Origin: Gemmatimonadales bacterium
GTDB taxonomy: Bacteria > Gemmatimonadota > Gemmatimonadetes > Gemmatimonadales > GWC2-71-9
Direction: 5' to 3'
Length of the DNA: 64,000 bases
NCBI GenBank assembly: GCA_965249575.1
Contig: OZ252244.1
Coordinates: 3,328,001 to 3,392,000, forward strand
Part shown: in pieces, positions 50,979-60,979 of the stretch
Layout of the letters: the number at the start of each line of letters is the position of its first letter
Position numbering within the stretch: the stretch's first letter is position 1
The notes under the pieces: model-generated
Told to the model about the DNA's origin: nothing
Databases searched by the model: none
Seen by the model: the letters and a program-made list of their open reading frames with translations, nothing else
Program-made: the position numbers and the translations under genes

Positions 50979-52588
50979 CGTCCGTCCCCCGGAAGGTCCG
51001 ACCACAGGAAGTCGAGCCAGCTCGGCCCGCTGCCCTGCGCGGGCGCCGAGCGCGCGACCGCGATCACGCGGTTCGACGGTACGAAATAGGTTCGCGCCAC
51101 GCGCGCCACGTCCTCGGCCGTCGCTCCATCTCTTCTCTGGATGTGCTCGGGGAGCGTGCTCCAATGGTTCATCGTGTGATAGTGCCCGACCAGAAACGCC
51201 AGCTCTTCGGGGTCGTTCTTGAACTGCGCCCATTGGAGTCGCAGGCGCTTGCGCGCGCGCTCGAGTGCCGCCCGGTCGATACGGCCCGCGCGCACGTCTT
51301 CCACCGTGGCCAGGAGCGCCCGCTCGACCGCGGGGAGGGCGCCGTCACTCGAGGCGGGTGCGACGAGATTGATCGCGCCCGGCGAGCCGAACCGATACGT
51401 GTGAATCACCCGAAAGTCGGCGCGGGCCGACGAAGCCGGCGCGCCCGCTCGCGCGAGCTTTGCCGCCGCCAGGCCATGGGGGCCGCTCAAGAGGGCGGCG
51501 ATCAGATCGAAAACAGGCCGGTCAGGATGGCCCATGCCGGGAATGCGATAGCGAACGTGCACCTGCGGCGACAGCGGGTCCGTCCAGTCGAGCCGGATCG
51601 ATCCACCGGGCACGGGTTCCGCCTCGACGTCCATGTCGGTGGGAGGCTCAGGCCCGCGTGGCAGCTCGCCAAAATAGCGCTCCGCGAGCGGGACGGCCTC
51701 GTCGAGCGTGATGTCGCCGACGAGCACCAACGCCGTGTTGTTGGGCACGAAGTAGTCATCGTAAATGCGGAGCATGTCGGCTCGAGTGAAGCTTCCGAAA
51801 TCCCGGAGGTGCCCGCCGTCAGGCTGGTACACAGGGTGCGAGGTAGCCGTTACCGCGTCGATCGCCTCGTTGAAGCGTGTCTGCGGCCGGCCTTGCCCGC
51901 CGAGAATCTGCTCGAGCACCGTAAAGCGCTGCGCTTCCCAGCCCCGAAAGATGGCGTTGGCCATCCGGTCAGCCTCCAGTCGGAAGAACAGCTCGAGCGA
52001 CTCGCGCGGGAGCGCCATCCCGAATTCCATGTAGTCCTGCTCGGTGCTGGCCGGAACGGGATCCAAGTGGCGAGTCAGGCCGCCGTGCTGCATGTACCAC
52101 TTGTACGAGGCCCAGTAGACGCGAAACTCGCCGACCTGATCCTCGAGCTCGTACAACGTCCGCCGCAGGGCGTCTGTTTCGGGCGTCCCCGGCCATGCCA
52201 GCTCGTCGATGAATACCGCCCTCTCGCGGAACCGATTGCGTTCCTGGCGCCGGCGCGCGATCAGCTCCTGTTCGGTCTCGTGGATCTCCTCGTGGAGTGG
52301 CAGCTCCCGGCCGAAATCCCGGGTCCCAACCGTTGTTGTCCCCTGGTAGAGGAGGTGCTCGAGGAAGTGCGTCATCCCGTGCTGCCCGTTTCCTTCCTGC
52401 ATGGAGCCGACACGGAACCAGAGATTCGCCGCCACCCGTGGCACCCGATGATCCTCCACCACGAGGATCGTGAGCCCATTGTCCAGGATGTGTTGCTGGA
52501 TTTCCACGGGTGGGGCTTGCGATTGCTCCGCGGCGATCGCAGCCGGCGCGGTGGCGAGAAAACCTGTGGCGAACAAAACTCTTCTCAC
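50975..52588 (-). CDS. M16 (pitrilysin) zinc peptidase
   Basis: LDNGL, HFLEH (HxxEH), LEADRM, YFVPNN. Confidence 0.9.
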   Translation of the reverse strand: MRRVLFATGFLATAPAAIAAEQSQAPPVEIQQHILDNGLTILVVEDHRVPRVAANLWFRVGSMQEGNGQHGMTHFLEHLLYQGTTTVGTRDFGRELPLHEEIHETEQELIARRRQERNRFRERAVFIDELAWPGTPETDALRRTLYELEDQVGEFRVYWASYKWYMQHGGLTRHLDPVPASTEQDYMEFGMALPRESLELFFRLEADRMANAIFRGWEAQRFTVLEQILGGQGRPQTRFNEAIDAVTATSHPVYQPDGGHLRDFGSFTRADMLRIYDDYFVPNNTALVLVGDITLDEAVPLAERYFGELPRGPEPPTDMDVEAEPVPGGSIRLDWTDPLSPQVHVRYRIPGMGHPDRPVFDLIAALLSGPHGLAAAKLARAGAPASSARADFRVIHTYRFGSPGAINLVAPASSDGALPAVERALLATVEDVRAGRIDRAALERARKRLRLQWAQFKNDPEELAFLVGHYHTMNHWSTLPEHIQRRDGATAEDVARVARTYFVPSNRVIAVARSAPAQGSGPSWLDFLWSDLPGDGR

Positions 52589-52806
52589 GCTGGGCTCTCT
52601 TTCGGCGGTGTGGTAACCAGGCGTCGACGCGGGGACGTCGGTGTCTACTCCGCCGGGATCCCCTTCGACGCCGCGGCGGCCTCTACAATGCAGCGGCGTC
52701 CGGGAGATGGCCAGCGGGCTATGTCAGGTCGGCGCGTGTGCCTGTGGTATGTTTGCGCCGCGGCTCGGTTTATTCTTCCTGTCCCGAAGTCACTGAGGGT
52801 CAAGAT

Positions 52807-53901
52807 ATGAGATTCAAGCTTCCCCTGGTTGCGATCGCCATTTTCGCATCGGCGGCCTCGGGCCAAGAGATGGGCGTACGAGAGTACGAGCCCAAGACGT
52901 CGCTGATCGTTCTGGCACACCCACTCACGAGAGCGGCATTTCCCTTCGTTGACATACATGGTCATCAGCGAGGCCACACCATGTCGGCCGACCAGGTGGA
53001 CGCGTTGGTCCGGGGCATGGACGATATGAACATGGGCGTCATGGTGAACCTGAGCGGCGGGACGGGGGAGCGATTGCGGCAGGGCATGGCGAATCTCAAG
53101 GGCCGCGCGCCCAACCGGTTCGTCCTTTTCGCCAACACGAGCTACGAGGGCATCGACGACCCCGGTTACGCCGAGCGTATTGCGGCTCAACTCGAGGCGG
53201 ATGTCCAGAATGGGGCGCAGGGCCTGAAGATTTTCAAGAATCACGGGATGTACGTTTTCGACGGGGCGGGGAATCGGGTGGCGACTGACGACCCGCGATT
53301 CGATCCACTCTGGGCCAAGGCCGGCGAGCTGGGCATCCCCGTGCTCATCCACACCGCCGATCCGCACCAATTCTGGCTGCCGCACGACAAGTACAACGAG
53401 CGATGGCAGGAGCTTGTCGAGCGCCCGCGCCGAAAGCGTCCTCCCGAGCCGACGTGGGAAACCCTCATGCAGGAACAGTGGAGCGTGTTTCAGAAGCACC
53501 CGGACACGCAGTTTATCTCCGCGCACCTCTCGTGGCTGGGGCACGATCTCGGCAGGCTCGGGAAGCTCCTAGACGAGCTTCCCAACATGCACGTCGGTCT
53601 TGGGGCCGTGATCTACGAGTTCGGCCGCCAGCCGCGGTTCGCCAGGCAGTTCCTGCTGGAGCACGGTGAACGCGTCCTGATGGGCAAGGACTCCTACAAC
53701 CGGGACGAGTTCAACACGTACTTCCGCGTACTGGAAACCGCCGACGAATACTTCGACTACTACCGGGATTACCACGCTTTTTGGCAGATGTACGGACTCG
53801 ACTTGCCGAATTACGTGTTGCGGCAGGTCTATTACGAGAATGCGGCGAGACTCATTCCGGGTCTGAAAGAGGAGGACATTCTCTCGGCGGTCTACCGTTA
53901 G
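52807..53901 (+). CDS. Secreted amidohydrolase (Amidohydro_2 type)
   Basis: DIHGH, GLK, PVLIH, AH, MGKD, YYENA. Confidence 0.88.
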   Translation: MRFKLPLVAIAIFASAASGQEMGVREYEPKTSLIVLAHPLTRAAFPFVDIHGHQRGHTMSADQVDALVRGMDDMNMGVMVNLSGGTGERLRQGMANLKGRAPNRFVLFANTSYEGIDDPGYAERIAAQLEADVQNGAQGLKIFKNHGMYVFDGAGNRVATDDPRFDPLWAKAGELGIPVLIHTADPHQFWLPHDKYNERWQELVERPRRKRPPEPTWETLMQEQWSVFQKHPDTQFISAHLSWLGHDLGRLGKLLDELPNMHVGLGAVIYEFGRQPRFARQFLLEHGERVLMGKDSYNRDEFNTYFRVLETADEYFDYYRDYHAFWQMYGLDLPNYVLRQVYYENAARLIPGLKEEDILSAVYR

Positions 53902-53904
53902 GGA

Positions 53905-54132
53905 TCAAACGATGGGTGGTGTCGGTCGTGCATGCTCCAGCTTCCCCTTCCAGGCCGCCTCGAAACGGTGAATGAGTGCGGGATAGATCAGGCGCCGTCG
54001 GAATGGATCGATCATCGCCATGTAAAACGGTGTGAATCGATTGACGGGTTTGACGTGATTCGCCCAGTAGAGTGTATACCCCCCAGGTGCTGGCTCGAGG
54101 GCAAAGGCGAGCAACGCGTGCACCGTAGCCTG
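53905..54132 (-). pseudogene. C-terminal fragment of a DUF2867-like protein
   Basis: ATVHALL...KPVNRFTPFYMAMIDPFRR; no room for an N-terminus before the upstream stop. Confidence 0.5.
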
Positions 54133-54134
54133 GC

Positions 54135-55703
54135 TTAGCTACCGTCCGCCGGGTCGAGCAGGGTGCGCAGTTGCTCGCGGGGCTCGAACAGTGTGGGGGC
54201 GTGGCGCCAGAGCTGCTCAAGTGCTTGCCCGTGCCGTTTCGCCAGGTCGGGACTTCCCGCCTGGAGAGCGGCCCGTGTCAGACCAAGGAGGGAGTGCGCC
54301 CGGTTCGGGGTCCGGACCAAGCTCTCACGATATGCTGTCACCGCGTCGCGCGGTTTTTCGAGCCTCAGCAACATGTCGCCGACGAGCTCTTGCGGTGGCT
54401 TTACCGTAGGGGGCGGCCCGAATTCAAACGGTAGGGAGCTCTCCCGCTCGGCGGCCCGCCGTGCAATGCGCAAGCCGGCTTCCGAGTCGCCCTCGGTGAA
54501 ACGAATGCGTGCCTCGAGAATGTCTCTCGAAACGGTCATTTGTCCGAAGGCCGTCTCCGGGATCGTCCCCGAGAGAGTCGCGAGGAATCCATCCATCGAT
54601 TCCAATGATGTCCGGGCCTCCGCGATGCGGCCTGTATGGACGGCGCTCCACCCATCGGCGTAGGAGATGAATGCGGCCGGCCGGGCGCCGGGCTCGAACG
54701 CCAACGTCATCTTCGCCGCCGGCCCGTCCCAATCGCCGGTTTCCACCAGATAGTGCGCGCGCATCCTGGCGAAGTAACTCAGGAGAGACGGCGTCCGTCG
54801 CTCCCGGGCTTCCTCGTACACGGCCTGGAGATAGCGAAGGGCGTCGTCGTGTCTTCCCTGCTGGAGATACCCGTACTCGAGCCAATGGGTGTAGTGACCA
54901 TTCCGGCGACCCGATACCTCCCACGCGCGTTCATTCGCGGCGACCACGTTGTCCCACATCCCCATGGCGGTGAAGATGTGCGACGTCATGTGCTGGGCGT
55001 GCGCCGCCCCCGGTGCGATCTCGGTGTAAGCCCGCGCGGCGGTCAAGCCGAGCGGCGCATGGATGGGATCGTCGAACGAGTGAATCAAATAGTGCACCGC
55101 GCCGGGATGATCCCGGTTCCGGTCGAAGACTTGCTGCGCAATGGACGCCGCACGCATGTACGTTGTGAATTGCCGGTCGCCGTCGTCTAGGCCGAGGATC
55201 GACAGGGCGTAGAAGGCCCGTGCCTCGTCGTCATCGGGATACGCGTTGACGAGGTCCTCCATCGCCGCGGAGTAGAGCGTGTCCCGCACGTTCTTGGCCC
55301 CGTCACCGTACAACACCTCGACTGCGCGGAGGTAGCCGGCTTCCCGCTGGGTCTGGGCCCGAGCATGACGGACCTCCGCGGTTGGACCGAGCCGCTCGAG
55401 TATCTCCCGCGCGGCGTCGCGGTCCTGCTGTTTCCAAAGCGGGTGGTTGTGGGTCATGGCCTCGCCCCAATAGGCCATGACAAACGAGGAGTCGATGACC
55501 TGCGCCCTGCGGAACGCCGCGGCCGCGCGTTCGAATTCAAAGCTGTGCAACAGGAGGGCACCCAGGAGAAACTGCTCCTGGGCCGGTGAGGTCCCGGAGG
55601 TCGGGAAATCGATAGTGCCGAGGCGCTCCTGGGACCACACGGGGGAGGCCGCGAGAGCACCGAGAAGTAACAAAGGCAATAGTGATCGACAGCGACTGGA
55701 CAT
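54135..55703 (-). CDS. Secreted TPR-repeat protein
   Basis: LGTIDFP, LLHSFE, MAYWG, HPGAVHYLIH, HAQHMTSHIF motifs. Confidence 0.85.
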   Translation of the reverse strand: MSSRCRSLLPLLLLGALAASPVWSQERLGTIDFPTSGTSPAQEQFLLGALLLHSFEFERAAAAFRRAQVIDSSFVMAYWGEAMTHNHPLWKQQDRDAAREILERLGPTAEVRHARAQTQREAGYLRAVEVLYGDGAKNVRDTLYSAAMEDLVNAYPDDDEARAFYALSILGLDDGDRQFTTYMRAASIAQQVFDRNRDHPGAVHYLIHSFDDPIHAPLGLTAARAYTEIAPGAAHAQHMTSHIFTAMGMWDNVVAANERAWEVSGRRNGHYTHWLEYGYLQQGRHDDALRYLQAVYEEARERRTPSLLSYFARMRAHYLVETGDWDGPAAKMTLAFEPGARPAAFISYADGWSAVHTGRIAEARTSLESMDGFLATLSGTIPETAFGQMTVSRDILEARIRFTEGDSEAGLRIARRAAERESSLPFEFGPPPTVKPPQELVGDMLLRLEKPRDAVTAYRESLVRTPNRAHSLLGLTRAALQAGSPDLAKRHGQALEQLWRHAPTLFEPREQLRTLLDPADGS

Positions 55704-55911
55704 GTTTGGCTCGCGGGTGGGGCATGGGTGGTGAATCAAGGCCGGCCGGGCCCGGACTCTACGAGGAACATGTCGGCGATGGACTCCATCCGTCAAATTA
55801 AGGAGGGTGAAGGGATCGGCGAGTTCATGGGGATTGTACGGGAGATCGACGAAGCGCGCCTGGTTCTGGCGGTAGACCGACGCCTAAAAGACTTGATAAG
55901 GGCGCCACCGA

Positions 55912-57567
55912 TCACACTCGGACGGGGGCACCATGACCGACCCCGCTCGAGGATCGCTGTGTCTTGGACACGTGGTGCGCGTCCCACCATTGCCAAGCGC
56001 GCTGCCGCGTCCAGGGCTCCGGGATCGGGATGGCTTCGAGGGCCGCCCGTAGGTCGTCGGCAGATTGCGGCCGGTCGTTCCGGTCCTTCGCTAGGCACTT
56101 GAGGATCAGGTCGTCGATCTCCTCCGGGAGGTCGAACTTGCTGCGGAGTGAAGGAGGGTCAGGTTGCTCCTGGACGTGCTTCAGGATGGTCTCCATCGGT
56201 GAGCGGCCTTTGAAAACGTAGCGGCCGGTCAGCAGCCAGAAACCCACGCATCCGACGGCGTAGATGTCGCTTCGTGCGTCGAGCTCGCCACTGCCGAGCG
56301 CTTGTTCTGGCGACATGTACGCGGGCGTGCCGCCCGTCGAATGATCGGCGGTCAGCTTGTCCCCATCATCGCGGGGTGCTGCCTGGTGTTTGACTAGGCC
56401 GAAATCCAGCACTTTCACGAAGTCTAGCTCGCGTCCCTGCCGGCAGGCGTAAATGTTGGCCGGCTTGACGTCCCGGTGAATCAGTCCGGCGTCGTGAGCC
56501 TCTGCGAGCGAATCGCTGAGATCGCGCAGGAAGTGCAGGGCGCGCTCGGGAGGCACGGGTCCGAACTGCTTGACCAGCTCCTCGAGATCGAAGCCGTCCA
56601 GCAGTTCCATCACGTAGTAAAACGTGCCGTCGTCGGTCACGCCGAAGTCGTATAGCTCAATGGTGTGCGAAGAGCGGAGCAGCGCGGTGGCCTGCGCCTC
56701 CCGTTCGAAGCGCTGTTTGATCACCGTGGCGCTTTCGGCGTACTGGCCGCCCAAGACCTCGGGGCGAATGAGCTTGATCGCGGCGGGCCGGGCCAACGTC
56801 CGGTGCTCGGCGCTCCAGACCTCACCCATTCCTCCCTTTCCCAGCCGCTCGACGAGACGGTAGCTGCCCATCTCGCGCGCCTCTCGCACTGCACGACCGA
56901 GCCGGTACACGATGCGGGCACCCTGGTACGCCATGCCGACCACCAGTATGTTCGGAAACACGAGCGTGAAGAAGAACTCGACGCCATTGAGTGCGACCTG
57001 GTTCGTGCCGAGCGCGAGGTTGAGTCCGAAGACTGTGGGTACCGCACTCACCGACAGCACGGCGGCCCCGAGTGCGACGCGTGGGGGTGTCGGCACGGCA
57101 ATCGTGAACAGCATGACCCAGGCGGTTACCCAAGACAGCCCGAACCCCCCTACTCCCATGTCGTGGTAAACGATTGGAGACGTGATGTCGTGGTACTCTG
57201 CGAGGGCGATTCCGTAGCTGCCGACGATCTCGAACAGAATGCCGACTCGGAGCTTCGCAGTGCGGCCCAGATTGGATCGCATGAGGAAGGCCACCACGAG
57301 CGCGACGGTGATGGAAGCCGCCCCCGGCAGCCAGTGATCGACCTCCGAGAAGAACAGGCTGCGCGTATCCCGACGCAGCAAGGGCGGAAAGTACGCGGCC
57401 ATGAAATAGGTGAATGCGTATACGAGGGCGATCACGCCCACGCGGCTGACCGATGCCTCGAGCAGCTCGGGAGGCAGCGACCGGGCGGCGCCGAACGGGC
57501 CGGTGGTGCGCTGCCGGTCTACCTCTCGAATCAGTAGGGTATCGGGCCCGCTGGACTCGACGCTCAT
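55912..57567 (-). CDS. Membrane Ser/Thr protein kinase (N-terminal multi-TM sensor)
   Basis: About six TMs, then GKGGMGEV, AAIK, HRDVKPAN, DFG, YMSPE. Confidence 0.92.
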   Translation of the reverse strand: MSVESSGPDTLLIREVDRQRTTGPFGAARSLPPELLEASVSRVGVIALVYAFTYFMAAYFPPLLRRDTRSLFFSEVDHWLPGAASITVALVVAFLMRSNLGRTAKLRVGILFEIVGSYGIALAEYHDITSPIVYHDMGVGGFGLSWVTAWVMLFTIAVPTPPRVALGAAVLSVSAVPTVFGLNLALGTNQVALNGVEFFFTLVFPNILVVGMAYQGARIVYRLGRAVREAREMGSYRLVERLGKGGMGEVWSAEHRTLARPAAIKLIRPEVLGGQYAESATVIKQRFEREAQATALLRSSHTIELYDFGVTDDGTFYYVMELLDGFDLEELVKQFGPVPPERALHFLRDLSDSLAEAHDAGLIHRDVKPANIYACRQGRELDFVKVLDFGLVKHQAAPRDDGDKLTADHSTGGTPAYMSPEQALGSGELDARSDIYAVGCVGFWLLTGRYVFKGRSPMETILKHVQEQPDPPSLRSKFDLPEEIDDLILKCLAKDRNDRPQSADDLRAALEAIPIPEPWTRQRAWQWWDAHHVSKTQRSSSGVGHGAPVRV

Positions 57568-57982
57568 GCGCAACCCGCGCTCGTCGAGTGGTGCTTCGAA
57601 TCTGCCTTGATCCGCTCGATCATCTGTACCGACACCGTATCTCGCCGGGCCGTATCATTACTGCGCCGATCAAATGCCGTTCAGGTGACGCGTCGTCGTC
57701 GTACGGTGTCTCCGTTACCCAGTTCATCTCGTTCAGTCCAGTTTGAGCGACGCGCTGGCTGTAGGAATGTCGGTAACACGTACCACGATCAACTAGTGGC
57801 GTCAACCGTCCCGCAAGGTGGTTTCCATAGGGGCATTGGCGTGTGCCGTCACCGTGTGCTGGCGCCGGTCTCGACCCGATTCTACATTCCCGAGCCCAGT
57901 CGAGCTCATCGTCATACAATGTCGACGTTGACTGGATCCGGAGGTCTTCTCTGCGTAAAGAAGAACGGAATGGCCATGCGAC

Positions 57983-59074
57983 ATGATTAGGCGCTTCCTA
58001 GTTATTGCGTGCGCGGGACTGTCGGTATTCCCTGCCGGCGACGCCGGCGCTCAGGATGCGTCTAGGACCGTTCGGTTGGGGATTGTCATGGACGGTCCGT
58101 CTGAACGCTACAGGGACTTCCGCGACCTCCTTCAGAATGAGATCGTCGACCTGTTGTCCCGCGAGTTCGTGCCGACGTTCCCGCCGGGCAAGCTCATTGT
58201 GGCGGATTGGACGAGCAGCAGTGTGTCGGCTGCCCTCGTACAGCTCCTGGAAGACGATGATGTAGACATGGTGCTCGCGCTCGGCGTCCTCGCGTCGCAG
58301 CATGCCGCCGAGCTCGACTCATTAGAGAAGCCGGTCGTGGCGCCGTTCGTCCTGGACACGGACCTCCAGTCATTGCCCCGGGAGGAGGGAGCGTCCGGCG
58401 TCGCGAATCTCAACTACGTGATTCTGCCCTCCCCGTTCGCCCGGGACATCGATGCCTTCCGAGAGCTACTGCCGTTTCGGAGGCTAGCGGTGCTGATGAA
58501 TCGTCCGTACGCGGACGCGTTGCCCGATTTCACCACCCGAGTCCGCGAGGCCGTGACGGCGGTGGGAGCGGAGGCAACGCTAATCCCCGTTGATCGATCG
58601 GTGACCGCGGCCCTCGACGGCCTGCCGCCGGATGCCGATGCCGTGTATGTCTTTCCGCTCCTGCAGTTGACCTCGGCGGACATCGAGCAGCTCGCTGACG
58701 GCCTCATCGATCGCGGCCTGCCCTCCTTCTCGTTCCTCGGAGAAGCTGAGGTCGAGCGGGGGCTCCTGGCGACCCTCAACACCGAAGCCCAGTGGACCCG
58801 ACTGGCGCGCCGGACCGCTTTGAACGTACAGCGCCTCATCCTGGGCGAGGCCGCGGGGGACATTCCGGTCGCGTTCAGCCGGGAGGAGCGGTTCACGATC
58901 AACATGGGCACCGCCCGATCCATCAACCTCTACCCGCCCTGGTCGGTCCTGACCGAGGCCGTGCTCCTCAACGAGATTCGGACCGACGTGACGAGGCGGC
59001 TCTCGCTCGCGTCCGCGGACCATCGGGCAGCTCGACGGGGAGCTCCAGTTCGCCAGGGCGGAGGCGACTCGTGA
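57983..59074 (+). CDS. ABC-type substrate-binding-like protein, probably truncated at about 59015
   Basis: Signal peptide, periplasmic-binding pattern (GLPSFS..VERGLL..INMGTA); after RRLSLASA the sequence turns non-protein-like. Confidence 0.65.
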   Translation: MIRRFLVIACAGLSVFPAGDAGAQDASRTVRLGIVMDGPSERYRDFRDLLQNEIVDLLSREFVPTFPPGKLIVADWTSSSVSAALVQLLEDDDVDMVLALGVLASQHAAELDSLEKPVVAPFVLDTDLQSLPREEGASGVANLNYVILPSPFARDIDAFRELLPFRRLAVLMNRPYADALPDFTTRVREAVTAVGAEATLIPVDRSVTAALDGLPPDADAVYVFPLLQLTSADIEQLADGLIDRGLPSFSFLGEAEVERGLLATLNTEAQWTRLARRTALNVQRLILGEAAGDIPVAFSREERFTINMGTARSINLYPPWSVLTEAVLLNEIRTDVTRRLSLASADHRAARRGAPVRQGGGDS

Positions 59075-59123
59075 AGTCGCCCGAATCACGGCCGAGCGCA
59101 CTGAGATCGAAGACAAGCTCGCG

Positions 59124-60560
59124 GTGACCGCCGCGCAGTACGAGCGGGAATTGGCGGAGGCACGAGCCACGCGGGAACGTGCGGACGAAGCGTATGCCGA
59201 GGAGCAGCGTCGACTGGAAGAGCATCTCGACCAGCAGATCGCGGCTCAGGCGGAGTTACAGCAGCGCCTCCGCGAGGAGCAGGAGACGCTCGAGCAGTTG
59301 CGGACCGGGGCGGCCCTCGGTGTCGCGGAACCGGTGGCGGCACCCTCCGAGCTCACTCGCGATCAGCTCGAAATGATCCGGTTCCGTTCGATCATGGATC
59401 AGGCGGGCGAGGCCGTGATTCTCTCCGACGTCAAGTCGAGCGAGATCATCGACGCGAACGAAACCGCGTGTAAGTGGCTGCGACATCCGCGGGAAGAGTT
59501 GATCGGGATGTCGGCGAACGATATCGACGTTGGCTTCCCGCTCCGGCCGCCCGATCTGCTCGATCTGACCCTCACCGAGACGCGCGACCTCGCGCGCCCG
59601 ATGGTCTTCGACGGCGGCAAGCATCGGAGGCGGGACGGGAGCACGTTCCCGGTTGAGGTCTCGATCACCCGGCTGGCCTACGGGACCGAGGACTACGTGC
59701 TCGCAGTGGCGCGCGACATCAAGGGCCGAAAACGGGCTGCCGACGAGCTGCAAGAGAGCGAGGAGCGTTACCGGAGCCTGTTCGACTATACGCGAGACGC
59801 GGTCTACATCATCACCCGAGCGGGTGAGGTAGAGGAAGCCAACGACGCCGCACTCAACTTGTTTGGCTACACCCGCGAGGAGTTCGTCGGCCTGGATGCG
59901 CGCCGTCTCTATGTTGATGCCGACGACATTCGCAAGTTCCAGCAACAAATGGCGAACAAGGGCGTCATCATCAACTTCGAGTTGACCCTCACGCGTCGGG
60001 ACGAATCACAGGTGCGGTGTCTGCTCACTGCAAGCCTGCGGCGGCGTGGGGACGGAGCGATTCGCAGCTATCAGTGTATCGCCCGGAAAATACCGAACCG
60101 CATCAGCGATCCGAAGATCGAGCCGGGGAAGGAGCTCAGTGCGGAGCTCGTGGACGCAGATGCCTCTGTGCTGGTGATCTTCGACGACGAAGTGGTACCG
60201 GCCGAAACATCGCAGATCCTGGAGCGCGCGGGCATTCGGGTTCTGACGGCGCGGAGCGGGCGTGAGGCCGTCGACCGGTTCCGGGTGCATCACCGCGAGA
60301 TCGCGGCGGTGCTCATGGGGGTTCCGGCGGGTGAGTCGAGCGTCAAGTCGACCTTCGCCGAGATCAGACGGATCGATCCGGACAAGCTCGTGGTGATCGC
60401 CGCAGGTGAAGCCGACGAAGAGCTTGGCGAAGACGTGACCGGCGGCGGCCCAGTGCGCTACATCCCCAAACCGGTCCACCCGCTCGCGCTCATCCAGCAC
60501 ATGCGGGAGATCGAGGGTCTGAACTGGCCTCATCCGCCCGCGCCTTACACGCCAGGCTGA
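59124..60560 (+). CDS. Coiled-coil + PAS-PAS + receiver-like protein
   Basis: FRSIMD..DANETAC..RRRDGSTFPVEVS..ARDI; ESEERYRSLFD..; C-terminal TARSGREAV..KP; frame open upstream to about 59015. Confidence 0.8.
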   Translation: MTAAQYERELAEARATRERADEAYAEEQRRLEEHLDQQIAAQAELQQRLREEQETLEQLRTGAALGVAEPVAAPSELTRDQLEMIRFRSIMDQAGEAVILSDVKSSEIIDANETACKWLRHPREELIGMSANDIDVGFPLRPPDLLDLTLTETRDLARPMVFDGGKHRRRDGSTFPVEVSITRLAYGTEDYVLAVARDIKGRKRAADELQESEERYRSLFDYTRDAVYIITRAGEVEEANDAALNLFGYTREEFVGLDARRLYVDADDIRKFQQQMANKGVIINFELTLTRRDESQVRCLLTASLRRRGDGAIRSYQCIARKIPNRISDPKIEPGKELSAELVDADASVLVIFDDEVVPAETSQILERAGIRVLTARSGREAVDRFRVHHREIAAVLMGVPAGESSVKSTFAEIRRIDPDKLVVIAAGEADEELGEDVTGGGPVRYIPKPVHPLALIQHMREIEGLNWPHPPAPYTPG

Positions 60561-60650
60561 GCGCCGCCGCACGATCCAGGTACTGAACCCTCGCCTTCCA
60601 GTCCAACCCCGCGCCGCATATCTTCCTGCGGCGTTTTGTCACGATATCCC

Positions 60651-60724
60651 GGGTGGTTAGCTCAGTTGGTTAGAGCGCCGGTCTCACATACCGGAGGTCA
60701 CTGGTTCGAATCCAGTACCGCCCA
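60651..60724 (+). tRNA. tRNA-Val(CAC)
   Basis: Full cloverleaf: GGGTGGT/ACCGCCC acceptor, AGCTCAGTTGGTTAGAGC D-arm, CCGGT-CTCACAT-ACCGG, GGTTCGAATCC; CCA not encoded. Confidence 0.96.
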
Positions 60725-60979
60725 TCGAAAGGCCAAGTGCTTCAACTCGGCACCTATCGGGCCCGACGATTTGAGCCTCGATCCGGTGAGGATCTGCCGC
60801 AGAGTCTGTCAAACGATCCGACCGCTGCAACTCTGACCTTTACTCCCACTCTTCCCCCTTTTAACCTCGGCCTGGGCCGACCGCTTCCACGTTCCGCGGG
60901 AAGCTCGCTGCGCGTGGGGGCAAACACTGTCTATCTTGATGAGGTTTTTTTTTGCCAACCTCTAACAAATAGGAAGGAT

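Noticed and set aside
50957..52810. 617 aa plus-strand ORF
   Set aside because: Antisense shadow of the M16 peptidase; Arg-rich with no motifs.
57620..57984. Short minus-strand ORFs between the kinase and the binding-protein gene
   Set aside because: No recognisable motifs, and they occupy the expected divergent promoter region.
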